DNA of 64,000 nucleotides, taken from the NCBI GenBank assembly GCA_022616475.1, contig JAKEEP010000056.1, forward strand, positions 900 to 64,899, read 5' to 3'. This document shows, piece by piece, positions 18,601 through 26,800 of this stretch (positions are counted from its first letter, which is position 1; the number at the start of each line of letters is the position of its first letter). The notes under the pieces were generated by a model. It ran no database searches. It had not been told where the DNA came from and saw only the letters and a list, made by a program, of their open reading frames with translations. Both the position numbers and the translations under genes were made by a program. The DNA comes from Phycisphaerales bacterium (GTDB lineage: Bacteria; Planctomycetota; Phycisphaerae; Phycisphaerales; SM1A02).

Positions 18601-20209
18601 GCAGATGATCAAGGATCAATCGGACGCCGCCAGTTTTCCGGCTGGGAATGACGCCGGTCCGCGAAACGAGTTGCCTGAGATTCCGTTGACGGCGCTGGCG
18701 CACAATCCAGCCAAGCGGCAACTCGATGCGGCCTACATTCAGGGAGCCGAGTCGAGTTTTCTCGAATCGTGGAAGACGCTCACAGGGTTGCTGAAGCCGG
18801 TCGCACCGCCGGCGCCGGAGCCGCTGCTGGATCGGGCGGCCTTGAAAAGCGCGTACGACGGCAAGGCGAGCGCTGTCAACCAGTACATCGACGACTACGT
18901 GAATTATTGGGCTGTCGAGGTTCGCAACCGCAGCGCGATCGATTTTGGAAGCGCGACCAAATGGGAAGGGGAGCCGGGCTCGGCCGGGATCCGCGATCAA
19001 CTGAAGACGGTCAAGATTTCCGACACCAACAAGAATCTGAAGCTTGTCGCCGAGCGCACACGCGACGCGCTGGAGCGAGTCGACCAGGCCGCCCTCAATG
19101 AGGCGGCGAGGAAGACGTTGGAGCAGATTCGCTGTGAAATCAGGACGCTGACCGATTCGGGCTTCGAAAAAGGGTGCAACACCGCCCTGGACCATTGGAG
19201 AAGCCTGAATTCGTTTGAACAGGCGAAAGGAACGCTGTTGCGCAGCATGAATCTGGACAACACCTTTTTTGAGGTGTATCAGGATGAGTGCACATCTCAA
19301 ACCGGCGCGGTGAGATACTGGAGCGATCTGGGGTTGAAGTCGCTTGAAATGCTCGCCAATGAGGGCAGCGCATCGACGTTGGACGCCAAGAAGAAGTTGA
19401 CGGCCCAAGCCAGCCAGAAGTTCCCGCTTTGCTTCAGCCATTCGGAGTTGTCGGAGGCGGAGTTCACCGACGCCCAGAGGTGGTTCCAAGCGATCGACGC
19501 GGCTGCGGCTGGAAAGGCAGGGGCTGATACCGACAAGACCCAGTGGAAGCTGGTGAACGAACAACTTCGGCGCCTTGCCGGCGTGGGTTTGTTCGATCAG
19601 CCGACACGCGACTGGATCCTGAAAACGAAGCCGATCTTCGAATTGTTTGAGAAGCCCAAGGGCGAGGGCTTCACTTGCAGCCTGGTCGTGGTCTCCGACG
19701 ACAGCCTGCAACGAGCAACGCCGGCCCGGCTTTACCTCGACGACGAAGCGGGGCGCAATGAGGCGGTTGCGGCGGTGGGGCGATTCGGATTCTTCAAGGT
19801 GAAGATCGGGGATGCCGAGACAGCCGACGCGATCAAGACCAGCGGAGGCGACCCGCTGAAGATTCAACAGCTGAAGCAAGACAGGTTCAAGCTACGGCTG
19901 CCGCAGGACCAGGAGGTGACGTTCACGTTCTACGAAGAAGCGCCTTCGCCCGGCAAGCCGCCGGCCGTTCGAGCCGTGGCAACTCTTCCAAAGCCCTGGA
20001 CCGGCCTGGGGGCGCTTCGGCTGACCAACGACCAATATGAGGGCGACGGTGAGAAGCGAGTCTGGCGGGCGCCGCTCCGAGTTGTCGTAGAGGAAGGGCC
20101 AGGCAAGGGGGAAACCTACTTCTACTGGATCGGCCTGCAGTTCAATCGCGATGTTCCCAAACAGGACGCCTGGCCACAGGCCAAGGACTGGGTTGGCTTG
20201 AGCCGCTGA
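15653..20209 (+). CDS. tssM: T6SS membrane-complex protein TssM (IcmF family), unusually long at 1,518 aa
   Basis: Two N-terminal TM helices are followed by [22 protein letters not shown] (Walker A), [15 protein letters not shown] and a third TM helix ([23 protein letters not shown]). A ~1,050-aa predicted periplasmic region follows. Confidence 0.9.
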   Translation: [1518 protein letters not shown]

Positions 20210-20246
20210 TCGGCACGGGCTCTTTGAAGCGTCGCTTGTCAGGAGA

Positions 20247-21293
20247 TTGGCACCAACTTTGTTGCACCGTAAGCCAAACAACCACTCGCCGGCACTGTTC
20301 CTGGGAGCTTTTGGCAAGCATCCGGGTTGGGATGACCACATCGACGACCTGGGTTTGGAGACTGATACCCTGGTCGCGATCAAACGAGCAATCTACACCG
20401 ACGGAGTGGGGATCAACGTGGACTCGGGCGCGTGGGAGGCGCTGGAGGAACGCAGGCGGACCGAAGGATTCGATCACCTGGTCGTTTGGCGCAACGGAAG
20501 CGATATGGTCGTTGGCCGCCTCTGGTCGTCAAGTGATGGCAAGGGACGCACGCGATACCCGATGGTGGCGGCGGCTCACGCGACCGGCACAGCCCTGGAT
20601 TGGGCCGTTGGCGAAGCGCTGCCAAGGCTGGAAGCGCTTCGCGCTCGTTGCGTGGCGACCAAATCGGCCCGCGAGGTCCGCGACACAGTTGACCAGACGC
20701 GACGGCAGCTTCGCGACGCCCTGGCAGCCGCGGGGAAAGGGGCGTTTGAATCGCCCAATCGCATCAATCCAATTGAACGGCTCGCGGGCCATGCGAACAT
20801 GGGCTCGCAGGGCGAAGGACTGCTGCGCATCCTGTATCAAGTTGAACGGGAAATGTCGGCGTTCAAGCCGCTGGCTCCGGGTACGACCGCATTCCGAGTC
20901 AAGGGGGCCAGCCAACGCGCACAGCAGATAAGGGTCCCCAAGTGCGGCCAAGGACCGGCGGACGAGGCTCTTCTCTGGCAGGCGTTCATGCTCACGCAGG
21001 TTCACGCGGCAGCGCCGGTGCTGGTGCTGGTCCCTGTGGATCAGACCTGGGTGGATGTGATTGTCGGTGAGTCGGGCGCGGCGCAACTGTTTTGCCTGCG
21101 GGCAACGCAAGACGCCATTCCCTTGGTGACTGAGATTCCGTTCACTTTGGAGCCAGGCTTCATCGAACGCGCCGGTGAGTTCATCGCTCAGGCAAGGGCA
21201 GGTGAGGGCTTAAGCTTCTCGGTCTCGCCCGCGATGGGCAGCGTTCATCGGGAGCCGAAACTGCTTCAGCGAATCTTGCGTCTGCGATCGTGA
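20247..21293 (+). CDS. tagF: T6SS-associated protein TagF
   Basis: The N-terminal FLGAFGKHPGWDDHID matches the TagF opening motif (G-x-FGK-x-P-x-x-GDF). It lies directly downstream of tssM. No ATG is available near the start. Candidates are TTG 20247, 20259 or 20262, with AGGAG at 20241-20245. Confidence 0.75.
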   Translation: MAPTLLHRKPNNHSPALFLGAFGKHPGWDDHIDDLGLETDTLVAIKRAIYTDGVGINVDSGAWEALEERRRTEGFDHLVVWRNGSDMVVGRLWSSSDGKGRTRYPMVAAAHATGTALDWAVGEALPRLEALRARCVATKSAREVRDTVDQTRRQLRDALAAAGKGAFESPNRINPIERLAGHANMGSQGEGLLRILYQVEREMSAFKPLAPGTTAFRVKGASQRAQQIRVPKCGQGPADEALLWQAFMLTQVHAAAPVLVLVPVDQTWVDVIVGESGAAQLFCLRATQDAIPLVTEIPFTLEPGFIERAGEFIAQARAGEGLSFSVSPAMGSVHREPKLLQRILRLRS

Positions 21294-21741
21294 CCGGGGG
21301 ATTGCCCTGAAGCGCATCGCCGAACGGTTCGGACAAGTTCACCACGACAACGTCAGTGCGAGGGGTGGCCGATAATATCGACTTCTGCCTTGGTTCAACC
21401 GTAGAGTCGAGGCAGGCGACCAGAAGTCGTGCTTCGAACTGGTTTTTTGGCGCGCATCGTTGCGACTTGGCTCTCTATCTATGAGAGCTTGTGAAATCTG
21501 GCGCCTTTGTTCGAGTCTGAGGCAAAGAGTCTTGACGAAGCCATGCGGGTCGTTATCTTCGGTAATCGCCGCAACGGGGGAAGCAACCTGGACTGTTGCT
21601 GTCTAGTCGTCGAATCGCGGCATCAAGAAGCATGCCAGGCCAAGGAGGGCGCGGGCGCGAAGCGCTGTCGGGTTTGTTGTTTTTGTCGCCTTGGAATCAA
21701 GGCGGTCACAGTTGATTACCTGTCTCAGGGTCGGGACCATC

Positions 21742-23730
21742 ATGAACATTCAAAACAAGCCTGCGCGCCGTGGCGAAGCGGAGCGGGTTGCAATTGCGAA
21801 GATAGCGCGATCTGCGCTTCTGGTGGCAGCCGGAGCGCTGGCGCTCTGGACTACGGCAAAGAGCAGTGCGCTGGCAACCGAGCCGCAAGCGGCGCCGTCC
21901 ACTCCGAGCGCGGCGACCCAGCCCGCGATCGCACCGGGCGTCGCAGAAGATCCGGGCCCGTGGTACCGGATTGATCGGTTTGAATTGAAATACGCGTCTC
22001 CTCGCCCGGATCATGTTCCGATTTTTGAGCTTGCGCAAACGGAAATCCGTTTGACCAAGACCGCCAACGGATATGTTCCCCCCGGCGCCGACGTCACGGA
22101 ATTCAAGCTCATTGAAGCGCCCAAGGACCGTTACAGCCTCAGGGCGATCTACTCGATCTGCAGCCAATTGGTCCGCGCGCTGAATGAACGCGGCATGATC
22201 GGCATTGAAGTTTCGACCGACCAGATCGAGCCCAACGGCGATGACCGGCGCCAGGGTCAAACTGCGCTTCAACTGACTATCTCGACTGGCGAGGTCGTTC
22301 AGGTTCGAACGTTAGCCGCGGGTGAGCGAATCAACCCGCAATTGCGCGAGAACAATCCGGCGCATCAGTGGATTCGCGACCACTCGCCGGTGCAGCCTCG
22401 GACCGAAGGCGGCGCGGTGCGTGGATCGCTGCTGCGGCAGGACTTGCTGGAGGAATACCTGTTTGCACTGAGCCGGCACCCGGGCCGCCGGGTTGACATG
22501 GCCCTTTCGCAGGGGGATGTGCCGGGCGGGGCGGTGCTCGACTATATCGTGACGGAGAACGATCCCTGGCTTTGGTACACCCAAGTATCGAACACCGGCA
22601 CCTCACAAACCAAATCTGTTCGCGAGCGGTTCGGATTGATCCAGAATCAGTTGACCGGAAGAGATGATACCTTGACGCTGGACTACATCACGGCTGGTTT
22701 CCAGGACACCAACGCCCTGCTGGGATCGTATGAATGGCCGCTCGACGATGATCGCACCTGGCGGGCGCGGGGGTTTGCGTCCTGGAGCCAATACACCGCG
22801 TCGGACGTCGGATTCGCGGGCGAAGATTTTGAAGGCGAATCGTGGTCGATCGGCGGCGAAGTCTCGACCAACATCTTTCAATATCGTGAGTTCTTCATCG
22901 ACGCGATCGCCGGATTGAGGTTTGACAACATCAAAGTGGACAACCAGGCGGTTGCAATCGTGGGTGAAGCGGGGTTGCTCATTCCCAATATCGGAGCGCG
23001 GTTCGAGCGCACGACGCAGATCGACAACACGATGGGAGCCGTTTTCCTTGAATTCTGCTCAGCCGGGTGGACCGGCGTCGACGAGGCTGAGCTGACCGAA
23101 TTGGGACGGTTTCTACCGAGCGAGGATTGGGTCGTTCTTCGTTGGGATGCAACGCACTCATTCTTTCTGGAGCCGTTGCTTGACCCCGATTGGGAGGACC
23201 CGGAGGCGGAAGGTTCGAAACTAGCGCATGAGATCCAGGCGGTGTTCAAGGGGCAGTATGCATTTGACCGCCGACTGATCCCTCAATTCGAACAGGTGGT
23301 GGGCGGCTTGTACACCGTGCGCGGATACCCCGAGTCAGTCGTGGCGGGCGACTCAACAGTTATCGGGAACCTGGAATACCGATTTCACGTTCCTCGAGCG
23401 TTCTATCAGCGGCCCGATGGTCGCGAAACTGTGCCTGAACCCCAACTCTTCGGCGGGCCGTTCCGATGGGTGCCACAAACGCCTTACGGCACGGCGGATT
23501 GGGACGTGGTCCTCAAAGCGTTCTTCGATGCCGGTTGGGCCGGGATCAGCGAGCCGTTCTTCTTTGAATCCGATCACACGCTGTTGAGTGCGGGGGTGGG
23601 GATTGATTTCTTGTTCAAGCGCAACCTGACGGTTCGGGTGGATTGGGGATTTGTGTTACGCGCGCTTGAAGACTTGGACGTGAACAGCGGGTCAAACCGC
23701 GTTCAGTTTGTTGCGACTTTTCTCTTTTGA
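21742..23730 (+). CDS. Two-partner secretion outer-membrane transporter (TpsB; ShlB/FhaC family)
   Basis: Signal-like N-terminus (IARSALLVAAGALALWTTAKSSALA). POTRA-like region (YRIDRFELKY...LQLTISTGEVVQVRT). Barrel motifs YTVRGYPES and GNLEYRF. The C-terminal residue is aromatic (FVATFLF). It sits immediately upstream of a TPS-domain exoprotein. Confidence 0.85.
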   Translation: MNIQNKPARRGEAERVAIAKIARSALLVAAGALALWTTAKSSALATEPQAAPSTPSAATQPAIAPGVAEDPGPWYRIDRFELKYASPRPDHVPIFELAQTEIRLTKTANGYVPPGADVTEFKLIEAPKDRYSLRAIYSICSQLVRALNERGMIGIEVSTDQIEPNGDDRRQGQTALQLTISTGEVVQVRTLAAGERINPQLRENNPAHQWIRDHSPVQPRTEGGAVRGSLLRQDLLEEYLFALSRHPGRRVDMALSQGDVPGGAVLDYIVTENDPWLWYTQVSNTGTSQTKSVRERFGLIQNQLTGRDDTLTLDYITAGFQDTNALLGSYEWPLDDDRTWRARGFASWSQYTASDVGFAGEDFEGESWSIGGEVSTNIFQYREFFIDAIAGLRFDNIKVDNQAVAIVGEAGLLIPNIGARFERTTQIDNTMGAVFLEFCSAGWTGVDEAELTELGRFLPSEDWVVLRWDATHSFFLEPLLDPDWEDPEAEGSKLAHEIQAVFKGQYAFDRRLIPQFEQVVGGLYTVRGYPESVVAGDSTVIGNLEYRFHVPRAFYQRPDGRETVPEPQLFGGPFRWVPQTPYGTADWDVVLKAFFDAGWAGISEPFFFESDHTLLSAGVGIDFLFKRNLTVRVDWGFVLRALEDLDVNSGSNRVQFVATFLF

Positions 23731-23803
23731 TTGGTTGGTGGTTGGTTTAACATCGCTCTAAAAGCCTGCAAAATGCGGGTCAACCGGGGAATTTGGAGGT
23801 CTC

Positions 23804-26800
23804 ATGGACCACACGACTCTTCGGCGTTTCAATCGGTTGTCCAGGCCATATGCGGCCTTCGCGGCGGCGTTCTCCCTTCTGATCGCTCCGCTGGTGGCGT
23901 TGGGCGGTCCGCAAGGCATGCAGGTCATCAATGGGAACGTTGTGTTCAAGCAGAACGGCAACGTTTACATCATCCAGGCCAGCAACAAGAGCATCATCAA
24001 TTTCAGCAGCTTCAACATTGGTGCCAATGAGACGGTTCAATTCATTCAGCCCAACGAATTGGCGCGCGTGCTCAACCGAATTACAGGTCCCGGGCCAACG
24101 CAAATCGATGGTCAACTCCTGGCCAACGGAATCGTATACCTAGTAAACCCGGCGGGCGTGATCTTCGGCAATGGTTCGGTGGTGGATGTCGGTGGCATCT
24201 ACGCCGCGGCGGCGGATATCTCCAACACGCGCTTCATCAAAGACATCAACCGGTTCCCGAACGTCACCGGCGACGTTGTGAATCATGGGACGATCCATGG
24301 CGACATCGTCCATCTGATTGGAAAACACGTTGCCAATCACGGGGTGATCGTCGCCGATGGTGGCCTTGTTAGCATGCTGGCGGGGGACGACATTTTCATC
24401 GGCAAGCAAAACGGCCGCATTCTGGTGCGCATTGACGGCCACAACTTGGCCAACGCCGCGGCCGCGGGTCAAAGCAGTCCCGATGTTCAGGCTACCCCGG
24501 GAGTCGAGAACACGGGCATCATTCGCGCGCATGACGGCCAGGTTGTCGTCGGAGCGGGGGATCTCTACTCGCTGGCCATTCGCAATTCCGGAACCATCAG
24601 CGCCAAGCGCGGCGATGTGACGGTCGCCGCCGCCGACGGTGTGATTCACAACACCGGATTGATCAGCGCTTCGACGCACGGCGGCACGGCTGGATCGGTC
24701 ACGGTTCGGGGCCCAAGCGTGGTCAATTCGGGTGAAATCAGCGCTGATTCGGACAAGGGACAGGCCGGATCAGTTGAGGTCACCAGCCAGAATCACACCT
24801 ATTTGCTGGACGGAAGCCTGGTCTCAGCGGCGGGCGGAAACGATTCTGCCAATGGTGGCGAGGTTTTGATCCACAGCTACAACGGATTGACGGTTTTCGA
24901 GGACGGCGCGGTGGTCGATGTGTCGGGGGGATATCAGGGTGGTCACGGCGGATTTGCAGAAGTTTCGGGCAAGTGGCTGGATTACGCGGGACACGTGAAT
25001 CTGAAGGCCAAGGGGGGATATGACCGTGGCCACCTGCTGATTGATCCGCGCGACATCACGATTGAGCTGTTGGATGACGAGGCCGATCCGGCGGGGAGCA
25101 AATACCTGGATCCCGAAGGCTCGATTCTGTTTGATGAGCCCGACGAGACCACGGACATCGTTGTGTCGGTGCACGCACTGACTCAGGTGATGGGTGAGAT
25201 CACGCTTCAAGCCACGCGCGACATCTTCATCAATGACGACGTTAACCTTGTGAACAGCAACGACGTCACGTTGGAGGCGTGGCGGGACATTTTCTTCAAC
25301 GCTGCCATCAATGGCGCGCATGATTTGACGGCCACGGCGGATGCGGACAACGATGGCGACGGAGCGCTGCATCTGCCGATTGATTTCGATCTGAGCGGCA
25401 GCGGAAATTTCAGCGGCGCGGAGATCAGGTTGAGCGCGGACATTTCGGCGGGTGTCGAGGCGTTGGTGGGAGGCGGCGGCGACCTGACGTTCAATGACCC
25501 GGTCATTCTCACCGAGGACGTGACGTTGAACGCCGACAACATCACGTTTGCAAGCACGATTGATTCGGACGCGATCGGCACGCCGCGGGTTCTGCAGGTG
25601 AACAGCGCCAATGCCGGGACGACGATTTTCGGGGGGGCGATCGGGAGCACGGCGTTGCTGGAGGCGCTGACCACGAACGCTGACGGCGAGACACAACTCA
25701 ACGGCGGCGCGGTGACTGCCAACGCCGATTTGAACTTCAATGATCCCGTGAGGCTGGGGGCGGACACCACGTTGGCCGCCAACGACGTCACATTCGCACA
25801 GACCGTCGACTCTTTCGACGCGACGGATCGATTCTTGGTGGTGAACACGACTGGCGGCGGCGCTACGACATTCGCAGACGCGGTGGGATCGACCTTTGAC
25901 CTGTTGAGCCTGACGACGAATGCCGATGGAGAGACGCGGCTCTTCGGCGGCTCGGTGGTCACCAGCGCCGACCAGACTTACAACGATGCGGTGCGGCTGG
26001 GCGCGGACACCACGCTGGCGGGCAACGATGTCACGTTTGCCTCGACCGTAAACTCTTTTGATGCCACCGATCGATTCCTGGTGGTGAACACGACCGGTGG
26101 CGGAATTACGACATTCGGCGGCACTGTTGGATCGACCTTTGACTTGCTCAGTTTGACCACCAATGCGGATGGTGAGACAAGGCTCAACGGTGGGTCGATT
26201 ATCACCAGCGCCGATCAGACCTACAACGACGCGGTGCGGTTGGGCGCGAATACGACGCTCACGGGCAACGACATTACGCTTGCTTCCACCGTGAACTCGT
26301 TCGATGCAACGGATCGATCTCTGGTGGTAAACACAAGCGGGGGAGGAATTACAACATTTGGCGGCGCGGTGGGAGCAAGCTTTGACCTGCTCAGTTTGTC
26401 TACCAACACCGATGGCGAGACTCGCTTGAATGGCGGCTCAATCATCACGAGCGGCGATCAAACCTACAACGATTCGGTGTGGCTGGGAGCGAACACAACG
26501 CTCACGGCCAACGACATTACGTTTGTGTCCACGGTCAACTCGCTCGATGCGACGGATCGATTCCTGGTCGTGAACACAACCGGGGGCGGAATTACGACAT
26601 TTGGCGGCGCGATTGGATCAATCTTTGACCTGTTGAGCCTCACCACGAATGCGGACGGCGAGACGCGGCTGAACGGCGGGTCGGTGATCACGAGCGCCGA
26701 TCAAACGTACAACGATGCGCTGCGGCTGGGTGCGAACACGACCCTGGCTGCGAACGACGTGACGTTTGCCGCCTCCGTCAACTCGTTTGACGCGACGGAT

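Noticed and set aside
21368-21375. Exact GCCGATAA, the sigma-28/FliA -10 consensus, upstream of tpsB and near a FliA-like sigma-factor gene.
   Set aside because: No TAAA-like -35 element lies at the expected ~15-nt distance. Given the base composition, about one chance occurrence of this 8-mer is expected in 64 kb on both strands. It is also unknown whether this sigma factor shares the enterobacterial consensus.
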